In this document: positions 12,410 to 31,027 of the stretch, one piece after another
Numbering within the stretch: the first letter of the stretch is position 1
Layout: each line of letters begins with the position of its first letter
Assembly (NCBI RefSeq): GCF_009914755.1
Contig: NC_060927.1
Reading direction: 5' to 3' (one strand)
Length of the DNA stretch: 64,000 bases
From: the human T2T-CHM13v2.0 reference genome, Homo sapiens
The notes under the pieces: generated by a model
Told to the model about the DNA's origin: nothing
What the model saw: the letters and a program-made list of their open reading frames with translations, nothing else
Database searches by the model: none
Translations under genes and position numbers: made by a program

Positions 12410-12882
12410 AACATTTATGACTTTGAGCTGGGGATATGCATGTTGGAACAAATGCTTGATTATCAGAGTCCCATACTGAGCTGCAATGCTGCCTCTCCTG
12501 TGTCCCTGCTGAGAAGCATTGTGCAAAGGTTTGTCTTGACAGGCAGTCCGATAAAAATTGGAGCTTCTCTGCTATATTGCTTTGATATTTCAATCTATTT
12601 TTGGATAGGTTTTACACTTTGGCACTTGGTATATTGTCTTTCCTTTGGATATACAGCTGGTGGCATTTCGGCATTTACTAAAAGTGCTATAGCAATTTCC
12701 ACATCAAGATAATCCTGTTCCTTCATGTTCTTTCAGAATAAATGCAAGGTGTCTTATTTCAGGACTGGTGAAACATAATTAATATATTTTCATAACTTAG
12801 AATATCTTTAAAGAAAATGGATCTGCCATAGCCAGGCCAAGTCATCATGGTCGGGTGTTAATAAATGATTCTCTGTTTAATC

Positions 12883-13068
12883 CAGTGATTCTCAAATTTT
12901 AGTGTGAATTGGAATCAGTTGGAGGGCTGCTAAAAACACAGATTGCTGGGCCCTATCTCAAGAATTTCTGATCTGCAGTCTGGAATGGTGGCTAAGATTT
13001 AGAATTTCTAACAAATTTCAGTGTGATGCTTGTACTGCTAGTGCAAAAACTACCTTTAAGACCCACTG
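12883..13068. mobile_element. MER5A hAT MITE
   Basis: cagtgattctcaaa...acccactg; 'aaacacagattgctgggccc', 'tttctaacaa'. Confidence 0.85.
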
Positions 13069-13159
13069 GGTTATGTAACATTATCAAACCACAATGCTTA
13101 AGAGTGTGAGTAGGCCAATAAAATCTGGGACCCACACTGGAAAACCGCTGATCTCAACT

Positions 13160-13366
13160 GCTAGTTGGCAAACTTATTTTGTAGTAGACCAGAGAGTAAA
13201 TATTTTAGGTTTGTGGGCCAAATGGTCTCAACTGATTGTTATAGCAGGAAAGCCACCATAAACAATACATAAATGAATGGGTGTGGTTGTGTCCCAATGA
13301 AATTTTACTTATAAAAACAGGCATCCGGCCAAATTTGGCTGATAGACCATAGTTTGCCTATCTCTG
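13160..13366. mobile_element. MER58A hAT MITE
   Basis: 'ttggcaaact...gtaaatattttagg..tgtgggcca' and 'ccatagtttgcc'. Confidence 0.85.
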
Positions 13367-14900
13367 ATCTAATTCATCAGTAAGAGACTTGTATCTTTTC
13401 TCACAAACCATCTGTATCTTATATATTAACTAGCAATGTTCCCAACTTAGAGCTATGACATGTGGAGGATATATAACAAGTATAAATATGATTTTTTGAC
13501 TCTCTTTAGGAGAGTAGAGTTCAGTGTAATATAGTCTTGACACAATTTGAGAGAAATGAAATGCTTAGGCTGGAATAGATTTTATGAAATAAGCGAATCA
13601 TGGAAAATAAGTAGAAACTAGGCAAGAGAGCAGAACAAATATCTCAGAAAGGACAAGGGAAAAGACATGAAGAGAGTACATAGTACATTTTTGAAGGGAT
13701 GGCGAGGATATCCATTATATGAAAAGGATTGTAGAAATCTATGGAAATGTTGAGTAACAAATATCATTTATTAACATTTATTGTGATATTCTATATATTA
13801 ACACAGTGATAGATCCTGAGGACACAGCTAAGATAGTCCTTGCCTTCAAGAGGCTCAGAGGTGGATCAAAATATTAAGGCATCTCAAAATCTTGTACAAG
13901 TATTTGAAGTAGATAGGCTTAACTTATGGTGGGTTTTCAAGAAATGTTTAATTAAAAATGAAATTTATGTGATTCAAAACAGGGAATTTTTATTAGTTAT
14001 TGATAAGTAAAGTGTCTTGAAGAAGACTGTTTTAGAAAAAGGAGATAGCCATCCTGTATAAGTTAATAGAATGGCAACCATTAAAAAATGGCTATTAATA
14101 ATATTCTATTAATCACACAGAAACTTTGCTAAGTTGGACATAGCATGTGTTCCATTGGGTTTTTTCTTTTATATGTGGTGCTTAGGAAAATCCAAAATAC
14201 ATGTATTAATATGTGTGTATTAAGCCACCATCAGAATTAAAGATAATTTCCAAAGAATTATACCATTTTGTCCTTCTAATATGAGAATATACCATTTAAA
14301 AGTCTATGTATAGAGAAAAACATCCTCCATAGTTGAGTGGGCTTTTTATTTATGAGATTTTATTGTTAAAAATTGTATATATGATCTGGTTGGAGTTTAT
14401 TATGAAATATCAAGTGGGAGCTAGTGGTAAATGTTGGTGTGACACTTAAGTGAGATAATCATTAAGTTTCTTCTAGTCGCAGTATTCTGATTTTAGGTAA
14501 CGCTTAAAAGGTCCACAAAGAACTAATTCAGGCAAGTTTTTCTGCAACCTGAGGAAAAAAATCACATCTTTAACAATGAATTTCAATGTAAGATACTAGA
14601 GTTCATTTCATTTAGTAAAGAGAATCCTTAATGTTGGGATAGGAAAAGCAAGGATCAGTCAAAGGCATTATGTTAGACAAAAGATGACATGACTTTTCAT
14701 CTGTCTAACTCAATCTATATGGTTTGATTTTTAATCACATGCATGGATGCAGATGGCAATATGCCATTTTAATCCAGTTAGGTGCCAAGAGAAAGGTTAG
14801 GAAAAGAGCCCCATGTGGCTTAGCATTTCTTGTGATTTGTAGCTTGAAGGCTTGAGCTTCTTTGTGAACATGTCTCTGCCTTTTTTGTTAAGGCTCTTTC

Positions 14901-15354
14901 TGTTACCGAAACACCAGGGGTTCAGTTTGGGTCCTGCTGCTTGCCACGCAGAAAGTCAATTACTAACACAAGTATTGCCATGGAAGAAGGATTGAATGGG
15001 GTGCTGCAGCTGAGGAGATGGGAGATCAGTCTCAAATCCATCTCTCTGACCTACTAAAATTAGGGGTTTATGTAGCAGGGAAGAAATGTCACAATGTGTG
15101 GCAAAACAGGAACTTGGGAGGGTTAAGAGCAATCATGATGAATGAGGGGTCTGGCCTCTCACTTTCTGGATGTGGTGATCTGGTGGGTTTCAGTTCTTTG
15201 ATACTTTTTGAGAGGCCTGGTGGGGGGTCCTTTCCTGAAGAAGAAATTCAGGTAAAACAAATGTAAGCTTCAAGCTTTAAGACCAGAAGGGTCAATTTCC
15301 ATATTTATCCAGAAAACCCCAAAACCTGTCTATGGGACTACTGGGTTGGTTTCA
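14901..15354 (-). mobile_element. Solo ERV1 LTR (LOR1-like)
   Basis: TG...CA termini; 'tgttaccgaaacaccaggggttc', 'ggagatcagtctcaaatccatctc'; TSD ctttc / ctttt. Confidence 0.8.
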
Positions 15355-15634
15355 CTTTTTCATTTTCGGTGTTGAGGGGGAGCAGAAACCCACATTTGTA
15401 CTAAAATTATCATTAATTTCTTGCATACCCTTACCCATGAATAGAATCTTGAGGCACTTAAATAAAATTTGAGAATTAGGTAGTGATTTCCAATCCTCCT
15501 CATTCCATATTTCTTTTATTCTCCACAAATGAGATAATATTAAATGTCCTGAATTATGTGTGTGTATAGGCAGGTATGCACATGTGTGTATCCATACTAA
15601 TGTGGTAATAGCATTATTGAACTAAAGAGTTTAT

Positions 15635-15908
15635 TTGAAGATTGAGCTGCTATAGCAAAATCCCACAGACTGGGTGGATTAAACAACAGGAATTTATTTT
15701 CACCAGTTCTGGATACTGGGAAGTCCAAGATCAAAGTTCCAACCAGTTTTCAAGGGCTCTCTTGCAGATCGTCTCCTTCTTGTCAGGTTCTTACATGGCA
15801 GAGAGAGAGTGTGCAAACTCTCAGGACCCACCTCCAAATATTATAACATTGGAGATTAGGGCTTCAACATACGAATTTTGGGAAAACACCAACATCCGGT
15901 CCATAACA
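15635..15908 (-). mobile_element. MaLR LTR (MLT1A/MST-like), internally deleted
   Basis: 'cacagactgggtggattaaacaaca', 'gaagtccaagatcaa', 'ggcttcaacatacgaattttgg', ends 'ccataaca'. Confidence 0.8.
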
Positions 15909-16549
15909 TTTGAGGATAGGTAAGTCTAGGTTGCATTTAATTCATGTATTAGCCTAGTTAGGTTATCCTCATCAAGCAGTTCTTTCTTTGTGAGAAAAGA
16001 AAGAAGATTTAGATAGCACTTCTAAATTGGTGAATTTACAAGATCTACCTTAAGCACCTTTTTCTCTAAAAGCAGAAGGAATTTAAGACAAAAATTCAGA
16101 ATTATTATTTTATTCTGTATTTTGGTAGTTGAGAAATTTATGACACATTATTATTTCTTATGTAAAGCTTAAGGAAGATGGAAGATATTGAAATGAGTGT
16201 GAAAAACTGAGGAGGAAGGAAACTAACTTAACAGAGGGTAAGAATTTTTTTCTAGTCACAAGCTTGTACAATACTACAAGTTAATCTCGATAGAAGGAAA
16301 TAATAGCTTATTTTGGGTTAAGTAATTTCGAAAGGAGAATAAGAACACTTTATAGCTTTCAAGTATCTCAAAACTAAGATAAAAATATTACAATAAAGAG
16401 AGTGAAGCACAAATAAGTAGCTTCATAATTCATAGCATTATTACTTAATATCACAGCCTGTTAATATGAAATGTAGAATAACCAATCTTGGTATTGGAAG
16501 ATATAAAAGGAAAAGACTCAATATCTTAAAATAACATATAATTATATCA

Positions 16550-17045
<496 letters not shown>

Positions 17046-18476
17046 TGTTCCAGGATCCTCAGGGTGATGCTTTTCTGTTTGGAAACCTCTGGCCAGCAGC
17101 GCCTTTGCCAGAGTTTTGCTCAGGTCCACTGGGCTCGTTCTGCCCACTTGACCTGGCAGGCTGCGCTTGGCTCACACTACTGGCCTGGATCCCATGCTTG
17201 CCAAGGGTGAACAGAGTGGTGAGGGGTGTGTGAGTGAGCAAGCATGGGGTCTGACCAAGCACACTGGCTGCAGTGGGGTGGGCAGCTCCAGGCACTGGCC
17301 TGGGTGCTGGCTCCCTGTGAGGCTGCAGCTGGTCCAGGTGTACTGCAAGCCGCTTCCATGGCTGGCACCAGGGAACATGGTGATGCCTGGAAGCTTGGAG
17401 ATACCAGGAACCTCAGAGCCCCAGAGAGAGTGTCACAGCCCTGGCTCAGGGAGTTCCTAGGTCTAGGAGGTCCACAGCTCTTCTCTTCTTTCTTTTCTCC
17501 TTCTTGTTGCCTGCAATGTGGCGAGCAAGGGGCATGTTTCGGCCCTGTTAGTGTTATACCTCCTTTACCCCTGCCATTCAGTGGGTCCTGAGTTCTTGTC
17601 CTGTGTCCAGGTAGAATGAGGTGTGAAGACAAATGGAGGGTGAGCAAGGTGAAGAGGAACTTTATTGAGCAGCAGAATAGCTCAGAGAAGACCCACATTG
17701 GGTAGCTCCTCTCCACAGGCAGGGTGTCCCAACAAGTGTTCAGCTATCAGCAGAGAGGAGACCCTGGAGTGGGTAGCTCCTCTCCACAGCTGGTTGTCCC
17801 ATCATCTCTTCAGCTTTCAGCAGAGAGGAGACCCTGGAGTTCCTGTCTGTAGGCAGGTTGTCCTGTCATCTCCTTGAGTCTGGCTGAGTCCGGGGTTTTT
17901 ATGGGCTTCAGTGGGGAGGAAGTGCATACTGATTGGCTCATGGGCAGCCTTTCGTCGGCCTGGAAAAAGCACCATAGTTCCCATTCTGGTCCATCAGCCC
18001 AGCCCCCAGGCTTCAGGCCATCCTGGCTTGAAGGTGCAGTTTTACCGGGGAGCCGTCTCTTTCCACCTAGGAGCCTGTCTGTCTTCCCTTGCCACCCAGG
18101 CTGTTTGTGCTGAGGGGCCCCTGCAGTCCTATGCTGAGCTTCCCTCAGCCCCCTCTCAGCCTTCTTCCTGTGCTTGTTGGTGCCCAAAGTCTGGAGAGGG
18201 CCAAGGCAGCAGGGTGATTGTGTGTCAGTGCTGCCCCAAGCCTGCGCACACCCAGCCAGGTTGCAACAATGTTCAACTTTGCCCCATGATCAAAGCATGG
18301 GCAGCTGCAGCTGTGACTGGAAGGGTGGGGGTCCTGCCCTGCCAACTCAGGAGGGTGGAGATTCCACCTGTTCCTGGCTCCTGCCAGGCCATGGGGCATG
18401 CAGCCCTAGCCACGCCTCCCCTACTGTAGCCAGTGTCATGGCAGCAACCTCTCCAGATGGGCTGCTGCTGCCAACA
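17046..18476 (-). mobile_element. MER52-family solo ERV1 LTR (~1.43 kb)
   Basis: Minus strand begins tgttggcagcagcagcccatctggag; TG...CA termini; 4-bp TSD ccac / cctc; GC-rich. Confidence 0.88.
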
Positions 18477-18480
18477 CCTC

Positions 18481-18582
18481 TATATTCCCCAGGCAGGTCT
18501 CAGATTCCTGGGCTTAAGCAATTTCTCCTGCCTTGGCCTCCCAAAGTGCTTGGATTACAGGTGTGAGCCACTGTGCCTGGCC
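18481..18582 (-). mobile_element. AluJ, 5' part (split by MER52)
   Basis: Continues left monomer: 'cctgggcttaagcaatt...gagccactgtgcctggcc'. Confidence 0.9.
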
Positions 18583-19724
18583 TGCTTTATCTTTTGTTAT
18601 GTTTAGCAGTGTGTGGCACAAAGTGTGCAATTTATGCTTGCCGAATTGATTGAAATGTAAACATGGAAAAATGAAATCAAGGGAGAAAAGTATTTGTGTG
18701 TTTTTGTATACATTTGTTGTTAAGGTAAAATGGTATGCTTTAAAAATAAAAAGTCTATACATTGTTGACTTCCAAAAGAAGTGAAAAATTTGTCTGCTTA
18801 CAATAAAATGAACTGATAAAGTTATGCTAAGAAGCATTAATCAAAGAACAAAATTCAAGAGACAATAGATAAATTATCTGATGCGGTTCCCAATTTAACT
18901 CTGGTTTTTGATTTATGAACAGGAAATGAGCATTGACTATTAGGCACCTGGATGAAGACTGGGTCCAGATTGTCAGTCTCCTGTAACCTGCAGAAGCCCT
19001 CCAGTTGCACTAGGAACATTCAATTGAAGTAAGACCTAATTATTTTAATTAGATTGTAGGACTTTCATTCTTGAATCAACTTTTAATAAGGTGACTTCAT
19101 GTATTTCTATAGTGTGCCAATAGCTGCTAATTTTGAAAAAAGAAGACTGCAAGCATTATTCTGTGGCAAAATTTTATGTATTCCAATTTTTATTTATCTT
19201 TTATTTCATGGGTTTAAGCCCATTTTCTTTGGGTAGCATTATATAAATATTTTAATTTCTGTGTGGCTGTTGAAATTGGTACAGTCTTCTTGTCTTGGTG
19301 TGTATCAATTCTCTGTCTATAATTGTAAATGTTATGACTAATAAGATTAAGTCGTGTTTTTGGATTAAGTCAGCCTAGTGATTTTTATTGAAAAATCACA
19401 ACAATGCAGTTGGTGCCATGATACCACATGGCTTGCATAACTTCTTTATTCCAAGTTCATACAGATTTGTTGACCTTTTGGAACACTTCTCAGTACACGG
19501 CCATATATAGACTGTGAACTTCTGTTCATACATTATGGCTTAATACGTATAAAACTTTAGATGATGTGGATAATGGAAAGGCACAAAATAATAACATAGA
19601 ACCAAGAGCTGAGACATTTGAGCAGAGCCAGTATAACCACCAACACACTTCAGGAACATAGACAAATCTTTTAACTCTTCTGAGTCATCTCTTGCTTTCA
19701 AATGTAAGGAGTTAGATTAAATAA

Positions 19725-19950
19725 GGGAAAGGTGGCCAATTCCTATGCCTTGGAGGGTCAGGCAAGTAATGCAGATTTAGGAAGTGGCTGGGTGTGAGAC
19801 AGTAAAAGCTGGTAGGCCTACGGGGAAAGAGACTGTGCCTCTTATGAAGCCATTAAGATTCAAGTGTTTTAAAATGGTCAAAGAAATAAGTTGGGGAGGA
19901 GCCCTGGAAAAGGGTAGAGAGGGGGGAGGGTTGAATTTGGCCTTGAGATT
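19725..19950. mobile_element. Probable old hAT MITE (MER102/103-like) within MIR remnant
   Basis: 'ggtggccaattcctatgccttggagggtcaggcaagtaa'; degenerate. Confidence 0.4.
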
Positions 19951-22900
19951 GAATTAATTTCTAAGGTTATTTCCACTCGACACATGTCTATAGAATTTTG
20001 TTACTATGTAAACACTTATTGCCTAGCATTTGTTGAGCTCCATTTCTGTTACTTTCTAAGTAATTAAAACTAAATAAGTAAAAATTAAACCATTTTTGGT
20101 TTGCATTTCTTTGAATTTTATAGTACATTTGGGGAAAAAATTACTTTTTGACCATAAAATGCAATATTACATGATGCATCAGTTTAATCTTTTTTCTGAG
20201 GCTTAAAAAATTATTTATCTAGAATGAGAACTTCAACTCTAGGACTGACATCCAAGAATAAAACTAGCCTGTAAATTACTGATTAGCAGCTTATTTCTTA
20301 ATTTGTATTTTCTTTTTATCAACAGTCTAACGAAAATATTTCTTCATATGGAAAAAAATTAAATTGGTAGCTTAAATAGGTATATTTTCTAGCATAATAT
20401 TCTAACTTCATCAACTCTTGCACTTTTATTTTCCTTTATTTTATTTTTTACAGCAGTGGAGTGTATTCTTTTTTTTCACATTTTACTGCCTTTTGAACCT
20501 ATATTTTACCTGAGAAAATAAGTACATTTTATCAGATGGTAATGGTAATTAGGCAACAGGCTTAGTGGAAGATGCGAAGTTGGCCAAGACAGTATACTCT
20601 TAGAATCTTGTCTAATGTTTTGGCTCAGTTTAAGTCAGAATTTATGTCTACAAGAAAATCGGATGAAGATTTTAGGGAGTCACATGTGTTATTTTAATGA
20701 TAAAGAGAGAATTATAAGGAGCTAGGATCTCTATGGTTTCATTTGGGCCCTTCCATTGTCTTTTTTCTTACCTTTATTACTTATAGAGCTTTTCAGTTCA
20801 TGATCGTATGTAGACAGATTTGAGTTACTTCAAGTGTGATCATTTTGAGAACTGAGTATATTATACAAAGCATGCAATGTCTTTTAGGTGGGTTTTTCCA
20901 TGTGTTAGTAGAAGCTGTTACTGACTTAATTATATTCCCCAAATAACATTTTAAGAGGCTTTTGCTTTGGATGTCATAGTCCAGCCATGTTGGCCATGTT
21001 GTAATGATTTTGAATATTTGCTTTCCAGTTCTTTGATAGCCAAGCCAACCAGGAGAATTTCAGTATTAATGTCAAACTGATCAGAAGTGGTTACATCTAT
21101 TTCTTGACTGACTTACATCTTGTATTAGCAAAAAGTATTAGCTCTTTTTAAATAAACATTCATTCTGTCTTCCAAAGATTGCACACACTGTGGAAAATAA
21201 CAATAAACATATAAATGAAATGTTAGCAGTTAAAGTAAAGCTATTTAAGGAGGCTTTCTAGTGATGCCGACTTGTATCTTATTACCTTGTTTTATAAAAG
21301 CATTTTGTAAAACAAAACAAAACAAAACTTCAAAAAGTGCCAGTGTGATTTAAGCATTTTCTTTAAGAAATACATTCATATGCTGATTTTCAATATTTTG
21401 TTAAAACATAATGCATGTGGGCAAGGTGGACATGTAAGCAACAAACCTAATTTTTTAAAAAAATTGTCTTTTGAGGCTTAGAGAATTAAGGAATGCCTCA
21501 CCCACTGAACCCATTGTTGAGCTCACTGATTCCCAACATGAAAATAAATTAACACAAGCATCTAGATTGAGGTAGTTAATTTTACCTTTCTTGTCTGTGC
21601 TCCTTATTGGTGATTGTAAAACTAAAAACCCTCAGACCTGAATTCCTTTCATGCTATGAAAAATCTTCTGATATCCATTTAACATAAATTCACCTTTAGC
21701 ATTTGACATTTATTAGTCATGGCTTTCAAATGAAGTGTTTAATTAAAATCAAAGTGCCATTGTTTTTAATAATCCAGAAAGAATGAGTATGAATTAAATT
21801 TAGAAAAATGTGACAGTGGCTTTAAGAGTACTATAGCTCCTGTGTGAATATTGCAGTTGTTTGAAAATTTTCATAAAATACTCTTATAATCAAAATCTAA
21901 TTTAAAGTTTAATGAGGCAGTAAAGTTGAGATATTCACAAAGAAACCAGAATAATAACGGTAAAAATTTAGCCATAGCTAAGTATAATCTAAGCAAAATT
22001 TTCTGGTCAATTAGCTTTCATTGTGCTAAACAGTGACAAACTACAAAAGTAATTAGAAATCACATATTAGTGAGTGTCTAGATGCTGGGGCTAGTTAGAG
22101 CCATTTTTATGCTGCCAGAGATTTTCTAACACTTCTTGAGTCTCTTTAAACTAGGGTAGATTAAATTATAGGAATTCTTATTTTTATGAAAAAGTTCTCA
22201 CTAAACTATCCAATAAATTTGATTTATCTCAGAATGTACTGTTTGCTGTTTTATTTTCCTTAAGAGGTAGACTTTGCTTTGGGTTCAAACCAGTGAATAA
22301 ATTAGAACAGTTAAATGGTCTAATGGTGATAATTCAATAGGAAAATAAAATCTGGTTTCATATACAATCTTACAGCACTCATGATCTGTACATTTCTGAA
22401 CCAATGGATTTAGGTAAAGAGTCTTGCTGATATTCTAAGTCTTATCCAAATACAGAAGAAAATACCGAAGAAAACTGACGGCAAATGTCTTGAGGTACTT
22501 TTCATTATGTCCTTAAGTTCATCCCTCCGTCAATGTAATTTTACCTAAATAATGTTTTCTGAAGTGAATTCACTCATCATGAGATTGACTTTATTAGGAA
22601 GACTCAGTCTATTTGTTTAAAATGCATTTTGATAAAATTGTTGAAATATTTTTGGCTTCAGTTACATAATGCACTTAAATAATATAAAAAAGCATACAAC
22701 TTAATTAGGTAAAATAAATATTTAAATGTAATATACTATTTCAGGTAGAAATGGTAATTTTTGTATTATTATAACCTATCCTTGGAACTGAAATTATATT
22801 GTTATTTTTTATATTTTTAAGAATCTTCTGTCCCTCTCAGAGGACAAGCTTGTAGCGGTTTTCTTTCTAAAGGTATAAAAGAAAAAACAATATTCATATA

Positions 22901-25355
22901 GTGAATAAAAAGCCATGAAGAGCTGAGTAATATTTTAAAGGGGAAAAACTCCAACTCATTAACTTTTTAGCTTTATATAGATAAATTTTTAGCCTAATTT
23001 TGTAAGTTTTTGAAGATCTTTGCATATAGCTCTTGCTATAAATTTCAAAGATATCAACTTTTAATCATATTAATAAGTTTGACAGCAATTCATTTAGTGC
23101 TTGATGCTGAAAACTATCTTTACACAAGCGGTTTCCATTTCCTTATATAGCTGGAATAAATCTGTAATATTTCATCTGCAAATATGACATATGGTCTCTT
23201 GTTAACTTACATGGAATGCATTTTATACTTTTTGCGTATGCACTGCCTTCTTGTCCTTGGAACATGTTTTTATATTATTCTTTCCAAATGAACTGTTTCT
23301 AAAATTGATTTTTTTCAAACTGAATGTTCACCTTTTAATTCAAGGTGGTACTGATGTAAAACTCACTCTTATTTCTCTCTTTCATAATAAAATATTTCTA
23401 CCCTAGGTAACATACTAACATTTTAAATAAAACTCTTTAAAATTTTTCAAGGACCATTTAATAAAAATATTTATGGTGAGCCTATTATGTGTTAAGATAC
23501 TATTTTGGGTAGTGGCAGAATAAAGGTGAATATGCTACCATAGTTTTCCTCGGGATGTTCACTGTCTAGTGGGGGATACAAAAACATTACAATACAGAGT
23601 CATATTGTAATGGTATATAACTGGCAATAAAAGAATTCTTAGGTAAGATTATTGTTTTTTACATCAGTTTATTTCCAGCCCAGATCAGTCATGGGCTTCA
23701 GGTCAAATAACAGTGTGGTCAGTTTTTTAGAGCCAACCTAGTACCTATTCATATCATGCCAGACCAAAAAAGTCAACCTATAACAAATAACATATAATAA
23801 ATAATCATATGCGTATGCAATACTTTAACATTTAAAGCACAAAAAAGAGTATTTATTGAAAGTATGTATTATTTCATATTATTTACTTTTCTGTTACATA
23901 ATTGCTCTATTTAAACAAAATTACACTAGGATATTTAAAAGTGACACCTACTAGTAATAGGAGGATTAAACAAATGACATGTGTGAGAAAAATATAACAA
24001 TATTTTAATGATGTTTCTGTTTTTTAATGCATTTAAGTATTTAAAACTTTTATTAGATACTTAAATTTTGTAGGGTGTATTATTATGAATTTTTAAGATA
24101 GACAAATATGAGAATATAAAGCAAGAATGTAAATACAAAAGGACTGTTATTTAATACAAAATAACAATGATGTGTTTTTTTTGTGTCTCATCATACAATA
24201 GGATATTTTCACTCTTTGTGTTGCTCTGAACTGCCTGCAGCTTCTGGGTCATGCTTTTTTCCTTTTATGTAATAGTAAAGGTGAATATAGTCAAATATAT
24301 AATTCACTTTTATTTGTAGCTCTGTTCTCATCAAGCCCACATTCACTAATTCCTGGTATCAATCTGATGTGATAACATCAAAGTAAATATCCTATCAACG
24401 AAATAAGTTGACTGCTTAGGATTTTGCTTCCAAGAAGTGGCGTATGTTTAGACTTGTTGGAATTAGAGTCCCGATCTGTCTATCCACTTTATATCTACAG
24501 GCTTCTTTCAGTAGACTAGCTGTTTCTCAACCGGGTCTTTTGTTTCTCTGAATTTATCAAATGGATAATCCCTGTCTAAAATATCCATCATTTAAACGTC
24601 TCCAGAGCACGTTTTATACCATTGTAAGTGAAACCTCTCTGTTTCTGAGAAAACGGTCTTAAAGCACACAGGTCATTTGAACTTGTAAAATTGAATTGGA
24701 TTCCAAATAAAATTATAGTTTTACTAAATAAATAATGAAAAAGTCTTCTAACTTGGCTATACTTTTCTGGTAACAGTTTTGCAGTTTTGAATCAGAATAT
24801 GTATTTTTGCCACAATTTAACCTCAAACAACTCAGATGTCATTAGTTCTTTCTTTTCTAGATTCCATTATTAAAGATGTATTGAACTCTTTTAGAGAAAC
24901 AGCATATAATGTCTATTTTATTTTAATATTTTCTTCATTATTATCCTCAATGTATTTCCAAATTAGAATAGAATATTATGTTTAGTTTCATACTTTGAAA
25001 GTCAATTATGACTGGCCAATGTTTTGACACCTTTTCTACAGCCAGTAATAATAATAACCATCTTACAGGCATAAGTCTAAAGAACATATTTTTTTTTCAT
25101 TTATATAAATTTAGAATCTCATCATGTGCTTCTGCACATTTTGAGGAAATTGAAACATGAATAAAAGCTTTCATTATGTAATTCTCAATATCACAGGTAG
25201 ACAAATCACTCCCCTTTTAGCAGTGTTGTATACAAGGAGTGCAGGGTATTTAGCAGGAGATATTTTTTGCATTTTCTTTGGTCAGAAGTTTATACATTGA
25301 TTAAGTTTGTCAAAATTTATACTCACACTGTCTGCCAAACCTGCAGATAGATGAG

Positions 25356-25638
25356 TGTGGTAGGCAGAATAGTGGCCTCATAATGATGTTCAAGTCCTAA
25401 TCCTTGGTACCTGTGAATATGTTATGTTACATGATAAAGAGAGATTAAGGTAGCAGATGGAATTAAGGTTGCTAATCAGATGACTATAAAATAGGAGATA
25501 ATAGCCTGGATTATCCAGGCGGGCCCAATGTAATTATAGGGTCCTTTAAAGAGGGAAAGAGAAGACTTATGTCAGAGTGATGTGATGTATGAGACTCAAG
25601 CAGCCATTGGTTGCTTTGAAGATTAAGAAGGCCACTAG
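25356..25638 (+). mobile_element. MLT1D-like MaLR LTR, 5' part
   Basis: 'tgtggtaggcagaatagtggcc', 'gcagatggaattaaggttgctaatcag'; upstream TSD atgag. Confidence 0.9.
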
Positions 25639-29624
<3,986 letters not shown>

Positions 29625-29630
29625 AAAAAG

Positions 29631-29872
29631 AGGCCACTAGAAGGTGGCCCCTAGAAGCTAGAAAGTCAAGAAAACCAATTCTCATCCTGGATGTTCTAGA
29701 AGGGAACTCAGCTCTTCTGGTACCTTTATTTTTAGCCTTGACCCCTTGGTTTTAATCAAGTGAAATCCATTTCAAACCTCTGGACCCCAGAACTGTAAGG
29801 GAATAAATTCATGTTGTTTTAAGCCACTACATTTGTGGTGATTTGTTACAGTAGCACCAGGAGACTAATACA
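29631..29872 (+). mobile_element. MLT1D-like MaLR LTR, 3' part
   Basis: 'ccagaactgtaag..aataaatt..tgttgttttaagccacta', ends 'actaataca' followed by TSD atgag. Confidence 0.9.
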
Positions 29873-30876
29873 ATGAGCAAAGTCCAGTTATTATTTGGAA
29901 AAGATGCCAGCATTGTTTTGTGTTTTCGGTAGTTTCATAAAATGTTACGAGAATCTAGAAGATTATATGAAACTCAATTTTTGATACCAGAGCCACTAAG
30001 AACCAGGGTGAGCATTTTTTCATTATTGAGATACCTCTTGATATAGTGCAAAAAGCATGATTGTTAACAAGGTTTGACTAAATCAGGTCTACAATGCAAT
30101 AAGCCAACACATCTATTACCAACATTTTCTTATTTGCTTTCCTACATGGTTGTAACCTCTGAATTGGTAAATGTAATTTTATTCATTTTTATTAAAAAAT
30201 AGTCAAGTTGAGTGTAGCATGCATATTTGTTCTTAAGGTATACCCATAAACTACTTCATTGGCTATTTTCAAAAATATTGGTGCCTTTGATGGAAATAAT
30301 AATAATAAACAACCTTTGGCTAATTTAGAAAACTTGCCTGTTTCAGCCAGGACTTATAACATTTAATCTCCCTATATGCTTTCACATCCCCTGTTCTACC
30401 ATGCCTAATCCCAATTTTCTCTCTGCCTATTGTGTAGGATGCTTTGTTGTGGTTACTTGCCTCTCTAAACCAGTTACATGTATCTTTCCATATGTCATTA
30501 AAATAATACGGTTGCTTGGGTGATGCTAGCATCTGTTTTGTAATCATTCTCATTTTCATCATTTGAACTCTTAGAAAACATAGCCACAATATTCAGAATG
30601 TTAAACTAGCATTACCTCAAGACAAAGCACATAGTAAATCCACAGGCAATGTCTAAAACGATTGTTAATGCTTATGATTAGAATGCACTTAGTTGAATAC
30701 ATAAATCACATCACTCACAATGATGCAAGAATGGATTTTCCATTTCTGTGAATGGCAGATTATGGTTGCCAATGATAGTAGTTAGGAAAAAAAAAAAACA
30801 GCAAAAAAGTGGATAATCTATGACATATCCATTTGAAGCTAAGTATAATAGAATGTTGCTTTTAGCCTCCATACTT

Positions 30877-31027
30877 GGGCTGTCATATGGGTTTTGTACT
30901 TTTCCCTTAAGGTTCTGCATCCATTGCTGAAAATTTTAATATTTTGCATTTTGAGGTGGGTTGGGTTTCCCAGGATGTAGGAATGTTAGTGCTAAAATCT
31001 GGACAATGCCATACAATCCTCACCCTA
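30877..31027. mobile_element. Probable hAT-Blackjack MITE (MER94-like)
   Basis: 'tttcccaggatgtaggaatgttagtgctaaaa', terminus 'tcacccta'. Confidence 0.5.

Noticed and set aside
17690-17850. Spaced direct repeats (ggtagctcctctccacag; agcagagaggagaccctggagt), superficially array-like
   Set aside because: Internal tandem units of the MER52 LTR; not CRISPR-like and in a eukaryotic context.
17059-18566. Cluster of overlapping ORFs up to 179 aa
   Set aside because: All lie in the GC-rich MER52 LTR on both strands; stop-codon scarcity explains them and no domain is recognisable.
19893-19930. Possible G-quadruplex
   Set aside because: One loop is about 15 nt and it lies in a probable old repeat; weak candidate.
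22456-22494. 39-nt AG...GT segment (KKIPKKTDGKCLE)
   Set aside because: Poor acceptor tract and weak donor (gtactt); compatible with chance.
25504-25520. Palindrome gcctggat-t-atccaggc
   Set aside because: Short and largely inherited from the MLT1D sequence.
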